In this document: piece by piece, positions 10,215-21,659 of the stretch
Position numbering within the stretch: position 1 is the stretch's first letter
Layout: each line of letters starts with the position of its first letter
Assembly (NCBI GenBank): GCA_051294375.1
Contig: CM119264.1
Coordinates: forward strand, 3,409,810-3,473,809
Direction: 5' to 3'
Origin: Paraspadella gotoi
Lineage: Eukaryota; Animalia; Chaetognatha
Length of the DNA stretch: 64,000 nucleotides
Translations under genes and position numbers: made by a program
Notes under the pieces: model-generated
The model's database searches: none
What the model saw: the letters and a program-made list of their open reading frames with translations, nothing else
What the model was told of the DNA's origin: nothing

Positions 10215-10522
10215 TTTATTAGTTTTTTTTATATTTTAATAGTACTACTAAATTTTAATTTTCTAAAATTTTTATCATTTTCTAAACACTCTAAACTCGT
10301 AGAGAGTAAGTTTGGATAACAGTTTGGATTCCGCTCGACGATCGTTGCTATTTAATCTAATTGACGCAAGTTTTTTTTTTTTTTTTTTGCTTTTTCCACT
10401 CTTCCCTTTCCTCGCTCAGAAAGTACTCGGGTCTTAACTCGAACGGAATCTTTCGAACGCTGGCCGTGCTAAAATCGAGGAACGCCGAAACGGCAGGTCC
10501 GGCACATACCCCAATCTTTAAA

Positions 10523-10557
<35 letters not shown>

Positions 10558-11683
10558 GATCGTCAAATCGTTCGCATTCCGTCGGTCCGGGTCCGTCGTC
10601 GATGTCGGCGGAACGGCGGTGCTGAGGCGTGGTGTATAACGAAAGTTTTTTTTTTTTTTTTGGAAGTATCTGCCACAGTTCATATTAACAAAGACCCGAT
10701 AGTGAACGGACTGATTAATTGATAGATAACACAAGACTCCGGGGAGCGCAGCGCTACACACCCGCTTTTCCTTCCAATGCATACGTATGGGCCCCGAAAA
10801 AAAAAAGTGGGGGGTTTGTATAGCAGGGAACTGGGGTTAGAGGGGAATCTTCGAGCGAAAGACGGAGAATGAGAGATCGAGAGAAAAGAATCGAGACGAA
10901 GAACCCCACCCACGTATTAGGCCCGAGCACTGCATACCTCCCAAGGCGGCGGGGTGGACCCAAATAGGAGACAGGGAAAACGGGCGGGCGTTAGTCGCCA
11001 GTTCCTATTCACTGCATGGACCGTAGCCGCCCGGCCCGCATCAGACGACAATAAAGAACTACTTACCGAATACAAACAATCAAAAATTGTAACGAGAGTC
11101 GTGCGATTTCCATGGCCGTCGGACGAGGGTGGGGTTTGGGGGGCGGGTAGATGGCGGTGGTCGGTCTTGTTTTCTTTGTAAAACTAACGGGTGGCGAAGG
11201 GGTGCTAAGGAATAGTCGCGATGTTCGGCGGTGGGGTGGGAAGTCTTTGGGATTGGTGCGGTGGGGGCACCGCGCTCGGTTCCGGCGGGGCCTGCCGGTC
11301 GAGGCCAAGGAAACGGCGGGCCTCTAGAAAGAGGCCTCGTAATTTGTCTGGGCGGAAATTGTAAGCATTCATGTCTTTTGTTATAGAACGGGAGGAGAGG
11401 AAGGAAAGAAAGGGAAGAAAGGACGAGAAACGGGAGGGAGAATGAAGAGGAGGGAGGAGGAAGGTAGACAGGAGAGGCTAGAAAGGATGGGAGAAGAGGG
11501 AGGGCTAAATGAGGAGGATAGGGAGGTGAGAATGAGGAGAGAGGAGAGACGGGAGTAAGGGAGGGGGAAAGACGGAGGAAGAGGGATGGGCAGAGATGGG
11601 AGCGGAGAATGGCGTAGTGAAAGGCAGAAGGAGGAGAGAGCAGATGAGAGATATGAATGGAAGAAGAAAGAGGGAGAGAAGGG
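10215..11683. repeat. Copy 1 of an apparently identical 1.47 kb duplication (partner 13167-14635, offset 2952); its first ~550 bp is a noisy reverse complement of 9744-10117
   Basis: The ORF track repeats identically with offset 2952. Noise and the purine-only tail are shared by both copies. Bounded by 25-N gaps. Confidence 0.95.
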
Positions 11684-13102
11684 ATATATAATAATAAGTA
11701 TATAATTAGCTAAAATTTCAAAAATGCAAATTTTTAAATTTTAAAGATTTATATTTTCTTTTATCAACTTTTTATGAAGAATCTGAATCTGTTCTCAGAA
11801 TTAAAAAAAACGATTTTAAAATTTTGACATTATATAAGGGTAGTACTATATACAAAATAAGCTGACTGGGCTACTATATTTGTAAAAAAAAAACTACAGA
11901 TTAATATTTACTAATATAATAATTTTCAACTGCTAAATTTTTTTTTTAAAAACAAATAAATACTAAATTTTGATTTCAAACTTTCACTTCACCCTACTCT
12001 ACAGTGTAGAGTCTACACTCTACACACTGCGCTGAAATAGTTTCTTCTGTGAAGCGACCGATAAACTACGTCATGGGTTTTGTTGTAAAATGTCAAAGAA
12101 ACTACAGGTATAAAATTCCCCCTCCCGATGTTTCGTTTATCAATCAATAATTATTGAATGACGCATTGATTTAAATGCCTATTACGAGATTTAAAATTGG
12201 AAAATGTCCGTCTATCTTTCGAATGTTAATTAATACAGTGAGTCAATTTATCTTACGTCATGAACATCGCATAATTTTTTTTTTGATAAACTTGATTTTA
12301 ACGATTTTAAATGTGCGAACACCGATGTTACTTATCTGCCTCTAGATTAAAAACTTTTAACTCTTTAGTTTTAAATTGTAAAAATCTTAAAAGCATAAAG
12401 ATCGAGCCGCTTTCGATTACAGACTTTAATGTTATTAATTGCGTATGCTCGTCTAAGACTCTTTAAACATCGTTAAAAATCCAAAAAAAATAATAAATTA
12501 AGGCCGATGTTCTAGACGTAGATTAAGTGACAGACTGATTTAAGATTAACATTCGAAGGATACGACGGACATTTTCCAATTTTAAAATCCCGTGAATAGG
12601 CATATTAAAATCAGTGCGTCAGTTCAATAATTATGATTGATAAACGAAACATCGGAGGGGGAATTACTTATACCTGTAGTTTCTTGACTTGAGTTTTTAC
12701 AAACCAAAACCCATGACGGTAGTTTATTCGGTCGCTTCACAAAGAAACTATTACGGGCGTGTGTATGAGTGTAGACTCTACAGCTGTAGAGTAGGGTGAA
12801 GTGAAAGTTTGAAATCAAAATTTTAGTATTATTTTGTTTTAAAAAAAAAAATTTAGCAGTTGAATATTATTATTTAGTAATATTAATCTGGAGTTTTTTA
12901 TACAAGATAAGTAGCCAGTAGTTATTTTGTATATAGTACTGGACCTTTATAATGATCAAAATGTATAAAATCGTCTTTTTTTTAATGCTAGAACAGTTCC
13001 AGATTCTTCATAAAAAAGTTGATAGATAGAAAATATAAATCTTTAAAATTTAAACAATTTGCATTTTGTGAAATTTGGAAGCTAATATATATTATTTATA
13101 TT
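11684..13102. repeat. Large imperfect inverted repeat (fold-back), arms ~11684-12310 and ~12463-13102
   Basis: For example GATTTCAAACTTTCACTTCACCCTACTCTACAG (~11972) versus CTGTAGAGTAGGGTGAAGTGAAAGTTTGAAATC (~12784). The arms differ by scattered indels. Confidence 0.93.
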
Positions 13103-13260
13103 AGATATAGCTCCACTGGTGCCCCTTACTAAATATAATTAATAAAAATAAAACACCAAAGTATTCTTTATTAGTTTTTTTTATATTTTAATAGTACTAC
13201 TAAATTTTAATTTTCTAAAATTTTTATCATTTTCTAAACACTCTAAACTCGTAGAGAGTA
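12776..13260. mobile_element. Possible MITE-like element bounded by self-palindromic ACTCTACAGTAGAGT-type ends
   Basis: Both ends carry ACTCTAC..GTAGAGT followed inward by ...AAATTTAGTA in inverted orientation. A clean copy of one end is at 10061-10117. Confidence 0.45.
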
Positions 13261-13474
13261 AGTTTGGATAACAGTTTGGATTCCGCTCGACGATCGTTGC
13301 TATTTAATCTAATTGACGCAAGTTTTTTTTTTTTTTTTTTGCTTTTTCCACTCTTCCCTTTCCTCGCTCAGAAAGTACTCGGGTCTTAACTCGAACGGAA
13401 TCTTTCGAACGCTGGCCGTGCTAAAATCGAGGAACGCCGAAACGGCAGGTCCGGCACATACCCCAATCTTTAAA

Positions 13475-13509
<35 letters not shown>

Positions 13510-14660
13510 GATCGTCAAATCGTTCGCATTCCGTCGGTCCGGGTCCGTCGTCGATGTCGGCGGAACGGCGGTGCTGAGGCGTGGTGTATAACGAAAGTTT
13601 TTTTTTTTTTTTTGGAAGTATCTGCCACAGTTCATATTAACAAAGACCCGATAGTGAACGGACTGATTAATTGATAGATAACACAAGACTCCGGGGAGCG
13701 CAGCGCTACACACCCGCTTTTCCTTCCAATGCATACGTATGGGCCCCGAAAAAAAAAAGTGGGGGGTTTGTATAGCAGGGAACTGGGGTTAGAGGGGAAT
13801 CTTCGAGCGAAAGACGGAGAATGAGAGATCGAGAGAAAAGAATCGAGACGAAGAACCCCACCCACGTATTAGGCCCGAGCACTGCATACCTCCCAAGGCG
13901 GCGGGGTGGACCCAAATAGGAGACAGGGAAAACGGGCGGGCGTTAGTCGCCAGTTCCTATTCACTGCATGGACCGTAGCCGCCCGGCCCGCATCAGACGA
14001 CAATAAAGAACTACTTACCGAATACAAACAATCAAAAATTGTAACGAGAGTCGTGCGATTTCCATGGCCGTCGGACGAGGGTGGGGTTTGGGGGGCGGGT
14101 AGATGGCGGTGGTCGGTCTTGTTTTCTTTGTAAAACTAACGGGTGGCGAAGGGGTGCTAAGGAATAGTCGCGATGTTCGGCGGTGGGGTGGGAAGTCTTT
14201 GGGATTGGTGCGGTGGGGGCACCGCGCTCGGTTCCGGCGGGGCCTGCCGGTCGAGGCCAAGGAAACGGCGGGCCTCTAGAAAGAGGCCTCGTAATTTGTC
14301 TGGGCGGAAATTGTAAGCATTCATGTCTTTTGTTATAGAACGGGAGGAGAGGAAGGAAAGAAAGGGAAGAAAGGACGAGAAACGGGAGGGAGAATGAAGA
14401 GGAGGGAGGAGGAAGGTAGACAGGAGAGGCTAGAAAGGATGGGAGAAGAGGGAGGGCTAAATGAGGAGGATAGGGAGGTGAGAATGAGGAGAGAGGAGAG
14501 ACGGGAGTAAGGGAGGGGGAAAGACGGAGGAAGAGGGATGGGCAGAGATGGGAGCGGAGAATGGCGTAGTGAAAGGCAGAAGGAGGAGAGAGCAGATGAG
14601 AGATATGAATGGAAGAAGAAAGAGGGAGAGAAGGGNNNNNNNNNNNNNNNNNNNNNNNNN

Positions 14661-14777
14661 TTATTTTTCCTTCTAAACTTTTATTATCGCCATTTATTCC
14701 GCGCTTTTTTTTTCAATACAAAATCCCAAATTTATATCTGAATATAATTTGTAAAGAAATTCGGTTTTTCTTTTCTT

Positions 14778-14808
<31 letters not shown>

Positions 14809-14809
14809 A

Positions 14810-14847
<38 letters not shown>

Positions 14848-16030
14848 ATTATTTTTTTAAAAAATGAAGAATAACTTATAATGACATGCATTAGTCACAC
14901 ATATAAATCAGCTAATTGTGAGCGTCTCTATTATGTCACTCTCGCGCGGCTCTGTCACGCCATTCATCCCTTCATGCCTACTATCCTCACTCCGTAAATA
15001 ATAATAATTGCATGCATTCACATTATACAGAAAAAAAAATAATATTGTTTTATTTCATGCATACATTGCAACTTTGACAGTTCTCCGAGATTGCCCACTC
15101 ATGGGCACCATTCAGCTACTCGCCGATGAATGGAGTTGATAGGGAGATATATCAAATTAAAACATTACTTTTTTTCGCTTATTCTGATATTTTGTACTAT
15201 TATTAAATTTATAAATATTTTTAGTGTATATATTTAATCATTTTTAACTTTTTTTTTAAAAATTATATTTGAGTGTGAAACTATTTATAAATTTAATTAA
15301 ATATGCAAATATTAAATTTGACACTCGGTCTGGTTTCTTCCTAAAAAAAGAACAATCTTTTTCTCTCTATCTTCTTTCTCTCTCTCTCTCCTCTCCTCTC
15401 TCTCTTCTCTCTCTCTCTTCTCTCTCTTTTTTTTGTCTTCTAAAAAATTTTATTATCGCCATTTATTCCGAGATTTTCGGTGGATTTTCCTTCTAAAAAC
15501 TTTTATTATCGCCATTTATTATTTTTATCTCAATTACCAAAAATCCCAAAATACATAAATCTTACTTAACCTTTTCTTTCGGTGGCTCGGTCGCGTGAGC
15601 AACAAGTAAAACAATGTCGAAGGAACATGACTCCCTATAACGCGTACGTGTATAAAAAAAAAAATCAACATAGACCCAATTTCACGACGCCGTTGCGAGC
15701 GCAACGGATAACCGATATAACGAGAGTGGACCTAATAATGCGTCTCGTTGGTGGGAAAATCTCTCTCTCTCTCTCTTTCTCACTCCCTCCCTCTTTCTCT
15801 CTCTCTCTCTCTCTCCCGCTCTCTTCTTCTCTCCTCTCTCTCTTTTTTTTTTCCTTCTAAAAACTTTTATTGATCGCTCATTTTATTTCCGCGCTTTTGT
15901 CTCAATATACAAAATCACAAATTTACATCCGACGATTTTCCGTGGGATTTTTTTTTCTAAAAATTGCTGATTATTTTTTATATAATACTGAGAGAGACCT
16001 TAATAATGCGTTTCTGTCTGGCGTGCAGGA
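14661..16030. repeat. Noisy local repeats of TTTTCCTTCTAAAAACTTTTATTATCGCCATTTATT interleaved with (CT)n
   Basis: Motif at ~14665, 15436, 15485 and 15850. CCTAATAATGCGT twice (~15731, ~15998). Confidence 0.7.
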
Positions 16031-16104
16031 ACTACAGCCTGATCCAGCCTCCCATCTTCCTCTACCTTCTCTGCCTCTCTCTCTCTCTCTCTCTCTCTCC
16101 TCAA

Positions 16105-16135
<31 letters not shown>

Positions 16136-16191
16136 TTCATCATTAACGCATTTGTCTGTTTATTTACATGAATGATCAGCGCGTCAATGAA

Positions 16192-16400
16192 TCACTATCA
16201 TCGCATCAATAGATGACTATCATCGTATCAATGATGATTATCATTCATATCAATGAGATGACTATCATCGCTATCAATCATTTGATCTATCATCACATCA
16301 GTTCATATGTTATCATTCGCCATCAATTATTCGGTTATCATCGCGTCAATATTGGTTATCATCGCATCAATATTTGGTTATCATCGCCATCAATATTGTG
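16192..16400. repeat. Degenerate ~22-bp minisatellite (TATCATCGCATCAATATTGGT-like)
   Basis: About 9 diverged units. Confidence 0.75.
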
Positions 16401-17364
16401 GTTACTGCCTGACCCGGCTTCGCCGGTCAAGGCTCGATAACAAATTCTCACTTTGGGAAAAATCTACGTATCGCCTGACCTGTTTTGATACAAATTGCTG
16501 CATTCGTACGATTTGATTCAAAAAGGATTTTTTGAAGGCATTGCTAGGGGAAAAAAAAGATTTTCTGTCATATATTTCGACTTACTTTTTAAAGTCATCA
16601 TCAATGTTATCAAGTAACAAGATTAATTCTCTGGTTGCACACGATGACGTTTCCAAAATTGATCTATATTTTTCCAGTCCCTCAAGTATAATCTCTCATT
16701 AGGTAAGTCTCTCACTCATATTTTCCTCTCCCACATTGAATCGGATGGGCATAACCCTTTCCCGACGCCGCGTATAAAGACGGCACAATATATAAAGAGC
16801 AAGGAACCCAGAAATTCGAGCTCAGAATCGATGACCCGCGAACGAAGAGCGATTGACCCTCCGCCCCCCCCCGCCCCCCCGACGAAGAACTTACTTCCGG
16901 ACCCCACCACGTGGGCGACGGGTAAGTAAAGGGCGATCGAATCGATGAGCGAATGGCGGAACAAAAGGTGAGGACCTCATAAATACTGAGAGACGAGGAA
17001 GGAGGTAAGGAGAGAGGTGGGGAGGTGTGGAGGAGGTTGGGTAAGGCACAGGAAAACGGGTAAGGATCAGATTTCTCATGAGTCGTAAATTTATGAGGGA
17101 CAACAACTTTTTGTTGAGGTTTTTAATTTAAAAAAAAAAATCTCCACGCGATCATTTTTTTTTTCTCTTTTATTTTATTTTATTTTTTTTTCTTTTCTTT
17201 ATTTTTTCCCGGATTGTCTGGTTAATGAAAATCGAACTTGATCCATAGTCTTCGTCGTTGTTGTTGTCGTTGTTATTGTTGTTGTTTCTGTCGCGATTTT
17301 TAGATTCGATTTCTCTTCGGGTTCATCGCTTTATACGACGTCGCCCGCCAGACAAGTTTTTTGA

Positions 17365-17432
<68 letters not shown>

Positions 17433-18304
17433 TCATCATCATCATCATCATCATCGCCCCTCGTTCAATCGACGTTCGACAGCCTGCCCTCTACGATCGT
17501 CTTCGTTCGCGTGGCGTCCGGTGTTGACGCTCAATTCTGCCGCCAGAGGTCGCGAAGCCAAATCATATAGAATATTTTATGATGGCGATGAAATTGATCT
17601 TACTGACCTGTGAGACAGATGGGTGGGCAACTTGGCTACAGGTGGCAAATAAAAGGCAGATTACTGGCAAACAAGTGGGAAATAAAGGGACATTGGCCTC
17701 TTGTTATTGGGTGACGAATTGGTGGCACATTTAGCAAAAAAAAATTACTGTTGGCCAATTAGAGTCAGAATTAAGAATTAAGAATCAAAAAGTACCGAGA
17801 TAAAATGGAAACAAAGAAAATTGACTGAATTAGAGGGGAAGACGACAGAAGCCGACAAAAAACGACAAAAATAGGAAAGAAGCTAATAAAAGCCACAATA
17901 GGAGACGAAGGAAGCAAAGAATTGACCCCCAAAAAATACCGACAAAATCTCGACGGTAGCCGACGTTGGCCGACAAGACCGGATCGAAAAAAAAACCGGT
18001 TAGAGCGAGATCGAGCGAGGGAAAAGAGCGGGATGACCCCGAGCGAGAGCGAGAGCGAGAGAGAGAGAGAGNNNNNNNNNNNNNNNNNNNNNNNNNCTCC
18101 CGCGCCGCCGACTGTGCGGGCCGGTGTGGGGTGAGGCTCGTGTTATACCAGTTGTGCAAAGGAGGTGAGACACCCTGGAGACGGGAACAGAAAGAGAAAA
18201 GACGAGAGAGTGAATGAGTAGTAGAGAGGAGAGAGACAGAGAGAGAGAGAAGAGAGAGAGGAAACGAACCGGAACCGTAAATAAGTACATAAAAAGTGCC
18301 AAAA

Positions 18305-18734
18305 AATATAAACATTAAGTGGAGATCGGTATTTAAAATAATCTTTTTTATTGTCTGTCGATATTTTCCCATCATTCGTTCAGCCTAGAACGAAAAAAAT
18401 TTATAAAATTGGACTGCACTTTTTTTGTTGTCTTTCTGTCTTCGAATCTCTGTATTAACTTTTTTAAACTTTTTTTTAAAAAATTCGAAATAATGATATT
18501 GTAAAATTAAATATAATCAGTGTTAATTTCGACGGCCAGATAGCATGAAGCAATCGCAAATTTACCGCACATTTTTTAAAAATAAATTGATAACAAATAT
18601 AAAAAGCTTCAACGAGATACATTCGCACCAAAATAAACATTTCTCTAATGACTTAACTTTTTCGTAATTTCATTATTCATTTGTCTTAATACAGCATTCG
18701 GTTTACCGTACGAGATAGAGACGAGAGACGAGAT

Positions 18735-18767
<33 letters not shown>

Positions 18768-21650
18768 ATAGGACGAGAGAACCGAAAGAAGAGAGTCCAA
18801 TATAAACCCAAAGATTCGATCCATAAAACTTCACAAATGAGGAATCACCAAAAAACAAAGTCACTCCGATGTTTGCGACAACGAACTTCCACGCTGCCAT
18901 AATTCCACCCCTCCAATAGCTACCTCTCTCTCCCCACGCCCCGCCACCCGGAAGAATTCTTTAAAACAGACATCAAACTTAAAACTTATAATATGCGCGG
19001 CCTTTCGCTGCGCGAATTGGTTCTTCTCCGAAAAAGAGCCCCGACATGATGAAATGTATCATATCGACATTAAAAAAAAAACGAGATTAGAATAACCACG
19101 CCCGCTAAACATGTTAAATATAAGCGATCGATGGATAATATTTAAGACTGAAACTGATCAATATAACATGTCCTAGCAGAGTTATTCCTGATCAGGCGAT
19201 CTTGAACTAAAGGTCATATATATTCTATAGTGCATAAGAAAGTTAATATGAGCAGTTTTAATTAAAAGCAATTTACTCGTATTCTCTAGTAAACTCATAT
19301 AATAATCATAATCAATTATAACATCAGACGTATAATCCTGATCTATATTAATATTTCCTTTCAGTAGCTTCTTCTTCTTTGAGTTAGGTTCAAACTCTTT
19401 AGGAAGTAATTACATGTGCATAAAATAATCTTAGAAATGCTTTACTTATAGATCATAATATACATATATGGCAGATCAAAAAATGTTAATTTATCATCGC
19501 ACTCCATTTTTGGATATTATAGGTTATTGTACTTTTTATTTTAAATAGGAGTAGTTGAATGTCTGTGTTTTTATAATTATGGCAATTGCGTAATAGTCCT
19601 TTATGCTCTTTCTGTCTGTCAAGAAGCAAGTATTAATTATGATGCTGCATCAGAATAAAACGCAGCAAAAAATCCAACATAATATTGGGGGCTTCGCCAA
19701 ATTGCGTTAAAAAGGAATGTCCAAAAAATATATTATTACTGTCATCTACCTCAAGAGGCAGGCATAGATTGATCCCACGGAAGGGTAATACCAAATATTG
19801 AAAGAATGTTTATCACAATGATGTTTTTACCCATGTTTTAGTCAACTTTTTATTGAATAAATTAATTAATGTCATATACCTTTTTTTTCCTAGATAGTAA
19901 ATTTATGCGAAGATGCGAACTTCGTTTCTTAAATTTCTTATTTTCTCTCACTCAAAAAAAAAAAGACTTCGAAATAAAATTTATTTTCAAAAAAAACTAC
20001 TCTTGTAGTTGATTTTTTACGATTGAAGATTCAGAAATAAATAAATAAAGACTGCGAAGATTAAGAAGCGACTCTGTTGGTGCAACCCGCACCCGAGAAG
20101 CCACAGCAGAAGCGAGCAATCGAGGCAAGCAGCCTCCACCGGGCCACCACTGGAAAATAATAGGTAAATATATATCATTTGATTAAATATGCTCTATTAA
20201 AAGAAAATAAATTTTTCTTAAACGAAATGAAATAAATAATGGACCGAATATAGATATATTTAATAATTAATACATACTACATAATAATAATACAGTCTGT
20301 GGCAAAAAAAAAAGAGGACACACTTATAAACTTTAATTACAGGAAACATGTTTTACCCCATAATCATATATATTTATACTGATAAATGTTAAAATGTTAA
20401 AATATAAAAAATGGTCACACAAACTTCCCCAAGAAAAGACAAAGTGATAAAAAAAAATTTATGGGGAAATAACTTATTTTTAAAGATCTAACTCCAAATA
20501 ATCCTGAAAGTTTTTAGCGCTTAATGTTATTATAATATTAAATAGTTCTTCTAGAAAAAAGAAATTTTAAATGGGGAGGAAGAAGACTTTAGAAAAGAGG
20601 AATCTCATATGTGTAACTTAGGTCGACAGGCATCTTAACACATTTTTCAGATTTAGAGGTTTAACAATTTTCTCTCTCTCTGCTATGACATTTTGTTTTC
20701 AAGTATATTTTAAAAAAAATTACTGCTCAGAAACGGATAAGCTACTATTTAACCCATTTTTCACCAAATACTGTTGGCATAAGTTTTCCTTTTTTCAATG
20801 ATTATATTCATTCTCTATGATTATCCTTGCATTTTAAACAAATCTAATACTTGATTTAATTTTCATAATTTTTTTTTGTATGGTGTCCTCTCTTTTTTGC
20901 AGATGGTACATAAAATTTTAAAGTATGCGGAGAGTATAATTATATACCATTTTATATAACATTCAGTTTTTAGCCAATTTGAGTTTTTCATTGATCGTTC
21001 AAATATCAGAGGTAAATTTTAAAATCTTCGTCTAGATTCTTATCTTCGGCAGCGGCGCGGCGTTATGCGCAGTCAGCGAACGTCGTATCTGCGCAGCTGG
21101 CGACAGCGTAACTTGCCGCATGTGGGGGAGGTAAGTTCAAGCAGTTTGCCTGACGTCCCGGATGTCGGGTAAAGAAATGTAAGGCAGAGGAGGTGAGACG
21201 ACACAAGTGGAAACCTGATGGTTTCAACAACCCTCAACTTTGACCCCAAATAATATCCTTTTTTTAATGACCCTGATTATCGAAATTATATATCGAAAAT
21301 ACCGGTTAATAATTTCTATCCTCCAGACAACGTGTTAACTTTTCCTTTACCAGCCATGATGCCTTTTCGTTATAAAGTGTTTTAAAAATGAATCAACTAT
21401 CACATTAAACCGCAAAAAGTGAATCTTTAATTGCTGATTTCCTCGTCTATCTATACTTTCAGTTGAATCAAGTTAAGGTTCAAAGGAAGAACATGCTTTT
21501 ACTTTTTAAGTCGGAAAGTCGGGGTCTAGTGCCAAGAGGACGAGCATTAGCGAACAGAGTCCAGCCTATAACATATTATTATGTGAATTGGTACAATACC
21601 CCATAGTTATTAATTCTGTTATATGTTTGAAAATAGCTGCCCGTCATTGA
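18305..21650. repeat. Noisy redundant copy of the 29.7-32.8 kb region, partly inverted
   Basis: 18310-18712 matches 29708-30075 (direct), 18713-19050 matches 30600-30960 (inverted) and 19620-21650 matches 30980-32790 (direct). Confidence 0.9.
20293..20906. mobile_element. Tc1/mariner-type MITE (noisy duplicate of 31542-32074)
   Basis: TA|CAGTCTGTGGCAAAAAAAAAAGAGGACAC ... GTGTCCTCTCTTTTTTGCAGATGG|TA, with the same flanks as the 31.5 kb copy. Confidence 0.65.
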
Positions 21651-21659
21651 CAGTAGAAT

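Noticed and set aside
11380-11683. Purine-only tract as a triplex or G-quadruplex element
   Set aside because: It is the decayed tail of the noisy segment, non-periodic and identical at 14332-14635; likely base-calling junk.
10357-14260. Duplicated gene cluster implied by identical ORF sets
   Set aside because: The ORFs lie in an error-laden inverted copy that was duplicated together with its errors; no protein similarity recognised.
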